64,000 nucleotides of DNA from Heptranchias perlo (GCF_035084215.1 NC_090325.1:115568001-115632000); one strand, 5' to 3'. Counted from the first letter of the stretch, positions 25,418 through 38,690 are shown. Made by a program: numbers and translations. The notes: generated by a model from the sequence alone, not told the origin.

Positions 25418-26432
25418 AGTGTTTTTTTTCTCCCACAGGCTGCTCCTGCTTCTGTTTTGTTTTTCCAGGCTGCTCCTGTCTTGCACTCAGGTTTTCTCTC
25501 CTGATGCTTGGCTGTTGATTTGCTCTTGCTTTCTCTCCAGGTCCCCATCCGCCCACTTTACCCTCACTCCTCTTTTACTCACCTTTGCACATTCTTTCCA
25601 CAGTGATCAGTATAAAGATCTCCAAGGTGACATCTACAGATATAAATGAAAATTCCAAAGTGAAATAAATTAACCATCAGATTGGATTATGCTTGAAACA
25701 GAGGAAAATTATTAGTTAAGATAGCATTTTACTTGTACCCCAACCTGACGGTTAATTTTGTTTTGTGTGCGCTACAGTGCATTGTAACTCCACTGAATAA
25801 TCCACTGCAAGTAAAGTATTTTTCCTCAATTGTTTATTTCTTAATTTTGCCCATTAAGAGCAATAACTAGACTTAAAAAGTGATCTACTGCACATTTTAC
25901 AGCAAAGGCATTTTAATATAGTGAAACAGAAGTTGTTAAGAGTACCCAGATGGAGTGAAAACTGGAGCTGCTAGCTGAGATAGGATAAGTGGGTGGGTAG
26001 GCAATAGTTCAATGTGATGTGTGAGGATATGCCTGTGCGTCACTGTGAAATGTCAATGTGAGTCACTGTCAACCTCATCCAACGTGTAGAAACATCATGT
26101 AACCCAGAAAGGGGTGTTGTATTCTTTTAGTTAGTTGAAAATCCTTTATCTGGTATGATGTAGTATTTTTTGAACAGAGGGTTGGATCCTGTCAACACCC
26201 TAGTTGACATTATCCAGGGCAGCTTGGCTTTTAAACTGATTTCCCTAAAGCAGTTATAGTTCTATTTTCACTTTGCAAACATGCTTTATTTTTTAATTTA
26301 GTTCAATCAACTTTATTATTCAGATGAACTGTGTGGCAACTTGACCTGATTCATCACAAGAGCTTGACTAGCACAAAACCTGTTTTGTGCTAACAATTCA
26401 TAAAATTTCTGACTGACTCCTTTAAAACAAGT

Positions 26433-26611
26433 AGGATTCATTTTAATCTAACCCACCCGGCAGGAAACTGACTGGATCGGATCGGCTGCTTGATTTATAC
26501 CCTGCCCGGTTTTACGTTCTATTGTTATCAGTGGAAACTAAAATTGGGCAGAGTATAAAACAGGTGGCGAATCCGATCTCATCATTTTCCGTTGGGTTAA
26601 AATTACCTCTC
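26433..26611. mobile_element. Palindromic MITE remnant
   Basis: TTTTAATCTAACC..GATCGGAT..TTTATACCCTGCCC / GGGCAGAGTATAAA..ATCCGATC..GGGTTAAAA inverted arms. Confidence 0.6.
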
Positions 26612-28272
26612 TTGGGGCAACAGGCTGAAGTGTTGGTGTATTGTCCTTTGGAGAAGGACTCTGAGGTGCCTGATTCTGCTATGTGAAAATGTCCTTCTTC
26701 TGAGACTCAAACCTTCATCAATGACTTTCACATTTTGTAGGAAATGTCAGTTAGATAGTTTTGTCACATTTACTGTGAAGGTTGATATGTTGCATGAGCA
26801 AGCCACAAGCAAAAGTGGGCTTAAAAATATAAAATTATATAATTTTGCTCTAGACCTAAGGATTTTGCTCCAGCATAATTATGCACACCACTTTCATCCA
26901 ACTAAAGTCCATCCGTAATTAGTTTAACTAAATGGTGCATAACGTTAACGAACTGGGAATTAGACTTTCTTCATGCATAATTGTGAGGAAAAGGGGGAAC
27001 ATGTCTCTTATCTGTTTAGGTAACAATCCAAGGTCCAACAAATTTGGCATGTATAAATTTACCTAAATCTCCGAGGACCAGAGAACTTAAGTCCAGTTTT
27101 ATTTGTTCTAGTGATCTGTTATTGGCTGGTCAACATTGCAAATCAAAACTGACTTAAATTTCCTAGTAGCAAGAATAAATGTACAACACTTCTGGAAGGA
27201 AATCGGTCAGCTTAAACTCACTTAAGGGTTTAATTTGTTCTTTATGCTATTGTTAATGCATTGGCTAACATATCTGCAATAGATTTTGATCTACAATATT
27301 TCAATTGATTTATTTTAAACTTAATGACCCTCAGACTATTTTAGAAAGGGATGCGCTCTCTTCATATTGCAACTAGTCTCTTAAAAATTAGTCTTTTGGC
27401 ACATATGGGGATTAAACAACACCACAGTACCACAGTGGTTAAGACTGGCTCTGACATTTTCTTGGTGGCCTGACTGTACATACATAATGCTGTGCTTTTG
27501 GATATACTTGACGGTGAAATCTCTAATGTTCATTTTCCATAATGTTCATTTAATACAATGACTTGGAATTTTTTTTAAACCTTTAAATGAAATGATCATC
27601 CTAGCTATACCACTCTATTTATTGCTGATGCTTTTGGCCACTATTTCCCTCAAACCTTTTTTTTGACACGGATTAGCAGACCATTACATTACTCTGAAAT
27701 GGAAGGACGTGCTAAATTTTCTTTTTAAGTACTTACACCTACAGGGGAGGGAACTCCTCAAATCATTATTCCTGCTACTAGGCTGCAAATCTATGTGCTG
27801 TTGGTCTGATGGAACATTAATCCAGGTCAAAGTGTGGGGGTGGAAGAGAAGCCATTTCTGGAGATGCTATGGCTACGACTGGATAATTAAGAGTAGAACC
27901 AAGTGAAGACGTAATAGAAAATAAGGCCTAAGGGAACATTAGCTATACAGATGAAAAAAAGTCCAGGAAAAAAATGACAAAAAACATGTAGAAAGAAATT
28001 ATAGTAATGAATTGAAAGGCTGAACAAGCTGGGGCTCTTTTCTATAGTAGGTGCTAATATTTACAGTTAATCAATGGAATTCTCTGTTGTCTTTATGTAG
28101 AAAAGTGAAAAATGTACCTTGCAAACTTGTAGTTTTATTAAATCTTCCTAATTCCTTATGATGATACATATTAATTGACTTGCTTTCTATTCCAATGATA
28201 CAATGCTTATGAGTGACTTAAGACCATACATGTTATAAACATTTCTCACTTATTCCTTTTAATTTTCTATAG

Positions 28273-28430
28273 ATAAAGAATTATTAACTCATGAAGGGTA
28301 CTTTGTTCCGGATACTGATGGAATTCCCATTACAAATTCAGTGACACGAGGAGATGTTGCTCGCTTTATGCTCTCACTCCTTAACGTTGATTTGTGGAAT
28401 AAGAAGGCTGTAGCCATGGTAACAAAGTGA
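28273..28430 (+). CDS. BLVRB-like, terminal coding exon
   Basis: Not in the ORF track. TTTTCTATAG acceptor, phase 1: (D)KELLTHEGYFVPDTDGIPITNSVTRGDVARFMLSLLNVDLWNKKAVAMVTK* containing the SVxRxDVA motif. The four exons sum to 663 nt (220 aa + stop). Confidence 0.9.
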
Positions 28431-30021
28431 AACTTAAATTCCAGCACTGGAGTGGGAGCCTCTTTTCATTATTCCTAATTTCCCAGCCAAATCCTGTAAG
28501 TGGATCTATATAAACAAAATAAGTGAAACTACAAGAACAGAGAAGCAGAGATATAGGGTAAGGAAGTAAAAACAAAGACATAAAATATAATAGAAATGTT
28601 ACCAAATGAGTTACTAGGATTTAAAGGATTAACCCAAGATTAATGCGATTAATTCAATGTTATTAAGAAACTGTACTACAACTTGAAACTGTTATGATAT
28701 AAAACTACATGATATTACAAACTGTTTTGAGTAATATACTGTATTAGTGATGTGAATTAAATTAGTTTGAAAACTAGCTGCATGCAGGGATCTGGATTAG
28801 TTTAGAGAACACGGGGGTTAAAAAAATCCAAAGTAATGGTGAAGTAAGTAATGGCAAGAATACTACACCTGTGTCTGAATGCATAATCAATATCAAAGTC
28901 AAAGTATTTTTTGTAAACTTGGGATTGACTCTATGTTCAGTGCACTGCCCAACCTATAATAACAAAAATAATTGCAAATAATTCACAACGAATGATAATA
29001 GTAATGTACTGTACTATGGGGTTTGTTTATATGCTAATTTCAAAATTAAAGTTTTTTACGTACTCAGGCTGGAGGCTGTTTCAAATGTGCCTTATTTCCA
29101 ATATATTTGTTTGCTAAGATATAAATATTTCTGTAATATGCCTTTTTATGCACAAGATTTGTTTTGACATCCAATGTAAAGTTGTTTTATAACATGCATG
29201 TTATATTAAACAGTAGAAAAACATTAATTAATATTGGTTAATGATTCATCATAATCCATCATTAAGATTTGAACATTCATCAGATATTAAAGAAAAGCAA
29301 ACTAAATAGGCCTTAAATATTAAAACCTAGGGTTTATTCATACTCCACAATTTTAGCATTGTTGCGAAGTGGAAACTGTTCAACACTGATGCTAAATTTG
29401 TCGTAATAAGTTGGGTGCAAAGGCACAAACTGACTCGCACCTCCAGGGAATCTCATTCAGCTTCCTTCCAGGACCAAGTCGAGTCATGATGATGGACTGC
29501 AGCATCAGTACAAAAGCAAACCACTTTTGTGCCACGTACAGTTGGAGTGTGAATGCACCCATAGTGTAGCATAAAAAGTTTCAAATGGCAGAATATGCAG
29601 AGTCATATCATTTAACTGGATCAATAGATTAAATAAATGATTTATCTCACTAATTGCAGTGTTAAACCAATACTGCAATTGGTAGAGCGAACTTAACCTC
29701 AATAAAAATATTCTTACCAATTAAGATGCAAAATGCTGTTTGGCAGTAAAATTTGTGACAATCTGAATATTTGCCCCTGGACATTTGTGAATACATCACT
29801 TAAAAACAGAACGTGAAACTCAGTTTAAAATTAGTATGGCAAAACACTTAACTTTGTATTCTTTATTTCATTGTATGAATTCTCCTGTGGCCAGATGTAA
29901 TTATATGGAAATAATGTTGCAAATTAAGCATTAACCTGCATTGTTAGGAGCGTACAAGGTAATAAACAATCTTTGGGATTGTTAAATGCAGAGATTGCTG
30001 GAGCTTTTTGGCTGAAGATAT

Positions 30022-30283
30022 TCTTTCGGATGAGACATTAAACCAAGGCCCATGAAGAAGATCAGGGGAGTTCTCCCCAGTGTCCTGGCCAATATTTATC
30101 CTTCAAACAACATCATTATCTGGTCATTATCATATTGCTGTTTGTGGGATCTTGCTGTGCAGAAATTGGCTGCCGTGTTTCTTACAACAGTGACTACACT
30201 TCAAAAGTACTTAAATGGCTGTAAAGCATTTTGGGATGTTCTGAGGTTGTGAAAGGCGCTATATAAATGCAAGTCTATCTTTC
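30022..30283 (+). mobile_element. DeuSINE fragment
   Basis: TTTCGGATGAGACATTAAACC...GAAAGGCGCTATATAAATGCAAGTCT. Confidence 0.78.
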
Positions 30284-32699
30284 ATAACACACATAATCTG
30301 GGAGATGGTGGAGAGCTTCCACAAAGAGCGGGTCATTCTAAGATTGCTTCTGCCGTAAAAATGCAGCACTACTTCAGCTAAAGACGCAATTACAAAAAAC
30401 AAATTCTGTTCATTTTTACAAATGTCTTCAGTGTTAGGACAAGTGATGAGTTGCAATGCAACAACTCATAACAAATTCCATGAACTATTACACTTACCAC
30501 ATGTAGTGTGATTTGCTGCCCCACTAGCACAATTTTGCATAAAAACCTCCTGAGACCGTGAAAATGAATGTTTGTGAGCAGGTTTAACTGATAACAAATT
30601 ACTTTCCCAACTCATTGTCAATGATGTGGATAATTTGGAGCATGTGTGTGTGGAGGGGGCCCATTTTAGAACAACCACCAACAGTAGATGTCTTTGGGAA
30701 GGAAAGGATTTTTTTTTGAGATGGCTGGCAAGTTTTAAAATGACTCAGTCATGAAAGGGGGAGACAACAGCGGTGTCAGTGAAGCTGTTGCAATAGAAAA
30801 TAAACTCTGAACAATTTACAGCTGCCACCCGATCTCCTTGGTTACAGCCTTGAAATCAATGATGTATTATTTTGTAATACATAATATGGAATTTAAAAAG
30901 GAATGTTTTATTCAGTTTTGTAACTGACAGTCAATGTCATGAAACGGGAAGGAAACAACCAGTGAGATTTGTATTAAGCATGAAGGCCAAGGACCAAATT
31001 TAGGAATGCAGGCTCCCACAGGGGAGCTTGGTCCACCAGGAGCGCATATCTGGAAATCGAAGGTATGCTGCCTAAACTTTTATGACCATTAAAATTAGTG
31101 GACAGAAAATTGTGGGATGCATTGTCACACAATGGATGAAAAATTTTGGGGAATGTGGAAACGATTTCCCCACATATATTTCCAACAGGCTACAGTCCAC
31201 ACCAGGAATGTGATTTTGTAGAATTCGCCCTTCTGACTGAAGGACTGATCATAGAATCATAGAAAATCTACGGCACAGAAGGAGGCCATTCGGCCCATCG
31301 TGTCCGTGCCAACCGAAAATGAGCCACCCAGCCTAATCCCACTTTTCAGCACTTGGTCCGTAGCCTTGTAGGTCACGGCACTTCAGGTGCACAATAGAAT
31401 CATGATTATGATATGTGAAATGCAAGTTTAATGAGTGATAATTAATACTTAATTAGATCATATGGAATAATATTGTTATTCACGTGGGGGAAATACTGAA
31501 CTTGCATAGTGTTACAATCATTTATATTAAAATAATTTATGGCATTTAGAACACCTATGAAACTTATACCAGCACTATAAGGGTTTAGATGAGTCATCTT
31601 GTCTAACAATTGTATTTTCTTTTAGCTGGTCAAGTAGAAACGTTAGAAGGATCCTTATCAACTGGGCCAAGAAAACTTGTCCAAAGTTTGAGAAACCCCA
31701 AAAGGACTTGGATTTATATTACTCATTAAATGGTTACTTAATTTAAATGGTTACTTAATTGGATTTTATGGCAGTCAGAAAGTAATCATGTTAATTAACC
31801 ATGTTAAAACCAGATAGGCTGTTTGATTTTGTTATTATGACATCAGGTAGGGGCAGGACCTAAATAACAAAAGTTGGAATTTGCAATGCAATTTTAATTA
31901 TTCACTTATACTAAACATTCTCCACTTGTGCTTTGTTGTTTAACAATGCACTCAGATGTGAAGAACTTTTTTCCGACAACAGTGCAGGCAATTTCCATCC
32001 TTCATCAACTATCTAATGGCTACAGAAGAAAACAGTGGAGATTTTAGCGGTGCCAGGTTTATTAGCTACAAAGATTTGTATGGATCGTAGCAGGCAGAAG
32101 ACACTTTGACCTTTCCCAAGGACATTTGAATTGTCGCATCAAAGGAACAGATGGATCGATTACTCACTGTCCCTGGAAAATGCCAGAACTTCACTTGAAC
32201 TCATTTGTTTAACATTTTGAAGTTGCATATTTTGTTGTACCACTTTTATTGTACTCATTGTAATATTTTGCTTTTGCTATTAAGCAACTGGAGATAGTTT
32301 ATTTATGTGTCGTATAATGCCTTCAAGTGAACTGGCAGTTAATGGGAAACTTTTACAAGCGTCGTTGTGTATTTTTAACAGCGATAGTTTTTCTCTTCTT
32401 TGAGCATTGAGAACCACAATGTTTACACAAGAACCATTCAGGTTGAAAGTTGCAATATCAGCACAAATAATTAACCACATAAATCTTACGCCAATATTTC
32501 CCACACCTTATGCAGTTTGTGTACAGTACATTAATTCCTTTTATACTCACTGCTTTCGAGTTCCTTCGGCATCTGTTGTAAGTCAGCAACAAGCTGGAGG
32601 ATTCAACAGTTATCAAATCAGCCTGAAGGTAATAGTGAAATATCTAGAAGATAAAGAGCAGTTAGCTGCAGCTTTTGCAAGAGAGAGAGCGAGCGCTGG

Positions 32700-34644
32700 C
32701 AGGGAGCGGGGAATGCGTGCCCTGTGCCGGCGGGCGGGGAATGCGTGCCCTGTGCGGGCGGGGAGCGGGGAATGCGTGCGCTGTGCGGGCGGGGAGCGGG
32801 GAATGCGTGCCCTGTGCAGGCGGGCGGGGAGCGGGGAATGCGTACCCTGTGTGGGCGGGGAGCGGGGAATGCGTGCGCTGTGCGGGGAACGGGGAATGCG
32901 TGCCCTGTGCGGGCGGGGAGCGGGGAATGCGAGCCATGTGCGGGCGGGGAGCGGGGAATGCGTGCCCTGTGCGGGCGGGGAGCGGGAATGCGAGCCCTGT
33001 GCGGGCGGGCGGGGACTGCGAGCCCTGGGCGGGCGGGCGGGGACTGCGAGCCCTGTGCGGGCGGGCGGGGAGCGGGGACTGCGAGCCCTGTGCGGGCGGG
33101 GAGCGGGGAATGCGAGCCCTGTGCAGGCGGGCGGGGACTGCGAGCCCTGGGCGGGCGGGCGGGGAGCGGGGACTGCGAGCCCTGTGCGGGCGGGGAGCGG
33201 GGAATGCGAGCCCTGTGCGGGCGGGGAGCGGGGAATGCGAGCCCTGTGCGGGCGGGCGGGGAGCGGGGAATGCGAGCCCTGTGCGGGCGGGGAGCGGGGA
33301 ATGCGAGCCCTGTGCGGGCGGGCGGGCGGGGAGCGGGGAATGCGAGTCCTGTGCGGGCGGGCGGGCGGGGAGCGCGGAATGCGAGCCCTGTGCGGGCGGG
33401 CGGGGAGCGGGGAATGCGAGCCCTGTGTGGGCGGGGAGCGGGGAATGCGAGCCCTGTGCGGGCGGGCGGGGAATGCGAGCCCTGTGCGGGCGGGGAGCGG
33501 GGAATGCGAGCCCTGGGCGGGCGGGGAGCGGGGAATGCGAGCCCTGTGCGGGCGGGCGGGGAGCGGGGAATGCGAGCCCTGTGCGGGCGGGCGGGGAGCG
33601 GGGAATGCGAGCCCTGTGCGGGCGGGCGGGGAGCGGGGAATGCGAGCCCTGTGCGGGCGGGCGGGGAGCGCGGAATGCAAGCCCTGTGCGGGCGGGGAGC
33701 GGGGAATGCGAGCCCTGGGCGGGCGGGCGGGGAGCGGGGAATGCGAGCCCAGTGCGGGCGGGCGAGGAGTGCGGGCGGGCGGGGAGCGGGGACTGCGAGC
33801 CCTGGGCGGGCGGGTGGGGAGCGGGGAATGCGAGTCCTGTGCGGGCGGGGAGCGCGGAATGTGAGCCCTGTGCGGGCGGGGAGCGGGGAATGCGAGCCCC
33901 GGGCGGGCGGGGAGCGGGGAATGCGAGCCCCGGGCGGGCGGGGAGCGGGGAATGCGAGCCCCGGGCGGGGAGCGGGGAATGCGAGCCCCGGGCGGGCGGG
34001 GAGCGGGGAATGCGAGCCCCAGGCGGGGAGCGGGGAATGCGAGCCCTGTGCGGGCGGGCGGGCGGGGAGCGGGGAATGCGAGCCCTGTGCGGGCGGGCGG
34101 GGAGCGGGGAATGCGAGTCCTGTGCGGGCGGGCCGGCGGGGAGCGCGGAATGCGAGCACTGTGCGGGCGGGCGGGGAGCGGGGAATGCGAGCCCTGTGTG
34201 GGCGGGGAGCGGGGAATGCGAGCCCTGTGCGGGCGGGCGGGGAATGCGAGCCCTGTGCGGGCGGGGAGCGGGGAATGCGAGCCCTGTGCGGGCGGGCGGG
34301 GAGCGGGGAATGCGAGCCCTGGGCGGGCGGGCGGGGAGCGGGGAATGCGAGCCCAGTGCGGGCGGGCGAGGAGTGCGGGCGGGCGGGCGGGGAGCGGGGA
34401 ATGCGAGCCCAGTGCGGGCGGGCGGGGAGCGGGGAATGCGAGCCCTGGGCGGGGAGCGGGGAATGCGAGCCCTGTGCGGGCGGGCGGGGAGCGGGGAATG
34501 CGAGCCCTGGGCGGGGAGCGGGGAATGCGAGCCCTGGGCGGGCGGGGGGCGGGGGGCGGGGAGCGGGGAATGCGAGCCCTGTGCGGGCGGGCGGGGAGCG
34601 GGGAATGCGAGCCCTGGGCGGGCGGGCGGGCGGGGAGCGGGGAA
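32700..34644 (+). repeat. G-rich minisatellite, unit about 27-39 bp: (GCGG)n GGAGCGGGGAATGCGAGCCCTGT
   Basis: Directly visible tandem array of about 1.95 kb; extreme G skew; CpG-rich; abuts the KLHL8 first exon. Confidence 0.98.
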
Positions 34645-34879
34645 AGTCCCGCGCCGCAGACAGGCGGTCGGATCGCGGAGTCTGGGCTCCCCGGGATACC
34701 GAGCGCCCGGCCAACCCGGAAGTGTTCGCGGTGGTTCGGGCTGTGGTGAGCGAGGGGAAGCGATCGTGTGTTTGCGGAGAGAGTCAGGGAGCGGAGCGGA
34801 GAGGGGGAGGGAGCGGGGGAGGAGAGGGAGCTGCTGCTGCTCCTTCGGTTCGTGCCCTGAGTTGCCCGCTCTGCCCACC
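34641..34879 (+). promoter_or_regulatory. KLHL8 CpG-island core promoter / 5' UTR with NF-kB and ETS motifs
   Basis: GGAAAGTCCC (reverse complement GGGACTTTCC) at 34641-34650; CCGGAAGT at 34716-34723; GC boxes in the adjacent repeat; CpG-rich through about 35400. Confidence 0.65.
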
Positions 34880-34906
34880 ATGGCTCTGGAGACACAACAG
34901 AAAAAG
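34880..34906 (+). other. KLHL8: 3' end of KLHL8 first exon carrying an upstream AUG (MALETQQKK)
   Basis: CCCACCATGG Kozak context at 34880; AAG|GTAAGT consensus donor at 34907; the only CpG island upstream of KLHL8 coding exons. Confidence 0.7.
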
Positions 34907-36037
34907 GTAAGTCTGAGAATTTAAGGACTCTTTTTGGTTCCAGAGAAGTAGTTTTAAGTTCGGCTTTTTAAAAAAAATTCAACGAACAAACTCGAGCGTT
35001 GTATAATTTCTAACGAAATGCAACTTGACTAAATTGTAATTATTTTCGGCTTCAGGATTAGAGTTGGTTGATGTCTGCTAAATATTCATCTGAACAAAGA
35101 GTAAACTCGCAGGCTCTACACCTGAACTAGGGTCGGTTTTATTTTTGAACACATTTGTTTTGATATATTTTCAGTGCATGTGTTGTTTTTTGACGTGTTT
35201 TGTAAAGTGCCCACCTCCTCGGGGTTGGGGGGAAATGTTCCTTCTCCAATGACTTTTCCGACTGTTTGTATCAAGGCAGCATCGGACTTCAGTCATAGTC
35301 CTCGCTAATTAGGTAACGAACAGCGTGCGGAGCAATGTGGCGGGTCCATATGTTGTAAGGTTTTTTTTTCCCTCTATCAAATTGCCGAGCACACACACAC
35401 AACAAAGCTCATTGAACACGTTTGTTTCTACCGACGGTGTGATTCTTCCCACCAAGAAGAGTAACGAACAGGAAAGGCAAAATGATGCACTACTTTTTTG
35501 TAAGGTTATAAATCCCTCTACCTTCTCTTCGGTTCATCTGGCTTGTGCGGGTCACTAACCACTGGGAATCGAGAGGGCAGGCGACTGGTTTCAGGCCTTC
35601 CTCCAAACACTTCTTCAGAGAGCTGCTGATCTCTTAATGACTCTTGTCAACTTCCCGCCCGTATGGCCTCCGTACAGCACCTTGCCAAACATCAAGGGAC
35701 GTGGAGCACAGGCAGGTTGAGGATCAGCCATGATCTAATTGAATATTGGAACAGGCTCAAGGGGATGAATGGCCTACTCCTGTTCCTATGATGGGGGGGG
35801 GGGGGAGAGAATGTGGAACTCACCAACATAGGAGAATTAATCTTAGCTTATTTTTAAAGGGCACTGACTTAGTTACCACAGAGTGAGAATGGCCAGAAAA
35901 GATTGTGCTGGTAAAGGGATTTCTCCAGACAAAGCCTTAGTCTTATCACCTGCGACCAAAAGCTTTAATAGCGATTAGTGTTTTCTTTCCTGGTTTTGTA
36001 TTTAGTCTGGCCAAGGTACTTAGCCTATCCTGGGAGA

Positions 36038-36541
36038 TGTAAACAATCTTACAACACCAGGTTATAGTCCAACAATTTTATTTGAAAATCACAAGCTTTC
36101 AGAGGCTTCCTCCTTTGTCAGGTGAATGTGGAAATCCTTGAACGTTTCGCATTTATATTCAGAGAACAATACCTGGTGATTACAGATAATCTTTCCAACT
36201 GCCCGTTGTCAAGGCAATCAAAGTGTTCAGACAGAGAGGTGTTACCTACAGGACCACCGAATATACAAACGGCCAGAACACAAAACAGGGAGAGAGAGGG
36301 AGAAACATCCAAAAGGAAGAGAAAGACAGAAAATGACCCGTTGAATTAAAGACAGATAACTTTTATTCGCTGGTGGGGTTACGTGTAGCGTGACATGAAC
36401 CCAAGATCCCGGTTGAGGCCGTCCTCATGGGTGCGGGGAACTTGGCTATCAATTTCTGCTCGACGATTTTGCGTTGTCGTGTGTCTCGAAGGCTGCCTTG
36501 GAGTATGCTTACCCGGAGATCAGTGGCTGAATGTCCTTGAC
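36038..36541 (-). mobile_element. Penelope-like family 1, 5'-truncated copy D (decayed hammerhead motif 36089-36125)
   Basis: Minus strand encodes the GIY-YIG C-terminus (QGHSATDLRVSILQG...EQKLIAKF / THEDGLNRDLGFMSRYT*); 11-bp TSD ATCCTGGGAGA at 36027-36037 and 36542-36552. Confidence 0.9.
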
Positions 36542-38149
36542 ATCCTGGGAGAGGGGGAGTGAGTATTCCATGACAATTGCAGTGCAGCCTGTCATGCCTG
36601 TTCTTCAGCTTCTCAATTCAGCAAGCTTAATAGGGTGCACAGAATTCCCACGTGGCTTTTCCAAATGGTGAGTTTTGATGCAGCTATGTGGGATTGAGGT
36701 GGTTCCCGGAACACACACCCGGTAACACAAGCTTGGAACCAAATCAACCCTCTGTGATAGATTCAGTCATCACTGAAGTAGGCAGGTCTTGTCGTACTCA
36801 CTAATGGAACCTGGATGGATAGACCATCAGTGGGGGCTGGGATTCTTCTCACTGCTCCAGATAATTCTGCAAGTCAGTGCCTCAGTGCTCCGAGCTGAAT
36901 GAGCAGCTGGAAATTGCCCTGGTAAGCTTAATGGTTTTAGTGGATTAAACTTCAAAAGTAACTCTGCACACTTGAATCTGTGCCTAAGCTCTCTGGACTT
37001 GTTATGTGGGATGTGTCCCTTTGGGAAGACTGTGTACATTCCATATGAGGCAAACCCTACAGATAGATTGCTCAGTCGCTTGATTTGGAGATTCTTCAGA
37101 GTGGTGATGGGTTTCTGTCAGTGTCAGATACTGGGCTGACCAAGAATGCAGAACTAGATACCTTGGTCTGTTTGTTGTAGGAATGTCCTGGGTTACTTCT
37201 TTCTGGAGTTACAAAGATTCTTAAAGACTTGGCTTGAAGGCATGTTTCCCCATTCTTGTACTGCTTATTCTGGGGATCTGTGTCCTCTCCTGAAATTTGA
37301 CCATTGGTTTTGGTCACTTTGGCAGTTTTGTAATAAGTTAGTTTCTGTTGTGCTGGGGAAAAATAAACAGACAAGCACAGCTGCTGGTTTTTGCTTTAAC
37401 ATGTAGCTAATCTGAACACTTGTCTCAAGGTTAAAATAGATTTGGCAAAAACCCTTTTGACTTGTTTGGTTGTGTACCAGTCTCCACTCTGTCCTCTCCT
37501 CCTTGGTAACCTTCGTCGCTTTCCTGAGACAATCCAATTCTGAATCTTATACTCTGCTACTCCCATTCTTATCCCCTTCTCTTCCATCACCTGTTATTTG
37601 TTGCTATCTTTTTATGAGTGGTTCTGTTTGGTAACTGGTTTGTTTTTTCACTGTTTGTACTGATTTTTTCTTCTGAGCGATGCTTATAATTACTTATGTA
37701 CTGAGGTGTTCCTGCTTTTTTGTGGAAATGTAAAACTTTAAATAAAACAATTGCCAAAAACTTTTCAATAAAGCTGATGCCAATTTAATGGACTATTATA
37801 TCATTGTGATAGCACATCATTCATAGATTTTTTTTTTACTTTCTAAGCTGCACATCTATTCATTTCCTTATTTCTACCCCTGACTGACAGACTTTCATTT
37901 ATGTTTTCATGGTTTCTGCTAAATGTTGGTGTATTTTATGTGCTGTACTTCATCAGCATAACTAAAAGCACTTGTGGGCCTGTTTCAGTTGTACGAATAA
38001 CTAAGAATAGTGTATACAGGAGCATAGGGAACATAGTTTTAACATAGTATACAAGGAATTTAGGGATTTTGCAGAATGATAATCATGGAGATGGCTGTGA
38101 TAATGTCACTCAGGTATCTATGGAGTCTGAACCTGGCCCACAGTGTGCA

Positions 38150-38690
38150 ACAACTTACATTTATGTGATATCTTTAATGTAGAAAATGTCCCAAAGCATT
38201 TCACAGGGGTATAATCAAAAAATGGACCGCCAGCCAAAGAAGGAGATTTTAGGAGAGGTGACCAAAAGCTTGGTCAAAGAGATGGGTTTTAATTAGTGTC
38301 TTAAAGGAGGAGCAAGAGGGAATTCCAGAGCATAGGCATGGCAGCTGAGGGCATGGACGCCAATGATGGAGCGACGGGGTGGGGGTGATTCATAGGTCAG
38401 AGGAAGAAATAGTTCAGGGAAGAGGTTGTAGGGCTGGAGGGTCAAGGTATTAGGGATTTTAACACAATGAGAATTTTAAATTTGAGATATAGGGGCAACG
38501 AGGATGGGGGATGATGGGTGAGCGGGACTTGGTGCGGGTTAGGATACGGGCAGCAGAGTATTGGTTGAGCTGAAGTTTATGGAGGATCGAGAATGGGTGG
38601 CCGGCCAAGAGAGCATTAGAATAGTCGGTTTCAGCAGCAGATTGACTGAGGTGGGGCCTGTGGTGGACGATGTTACAAAGGTAGAAGTAG
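38150..38690 (-). mobile_element. L2-type LINE 3' fragment
   Basis: Similar to 331-900 (CAAAAGCTTGGTCAAAGAG, TCTTAAAGGAGGAG, ATGAGAATTTTAAATT). Confidence 0.7.

Noticed and set aside
28431-29710. Polyadenylation signal of the BLVRB-like gene
   Set aside because: Several ATTAAA/AATAAA hexamers in AT-rich sequence; cannot choose one without transcript data.
32700-34644. CRISPR-like repeat array
   Set aside because: No unique spacers, no cas genes, and vertebrate context with spliceosomal introns.
32407-34924. Seven long overlapping ORFs (265-760 aa) on both strands
   Set aside because: Products of a stop-poor GC-rich tandem repeat; open in essentially all frames, low-complexity translations with no domain.
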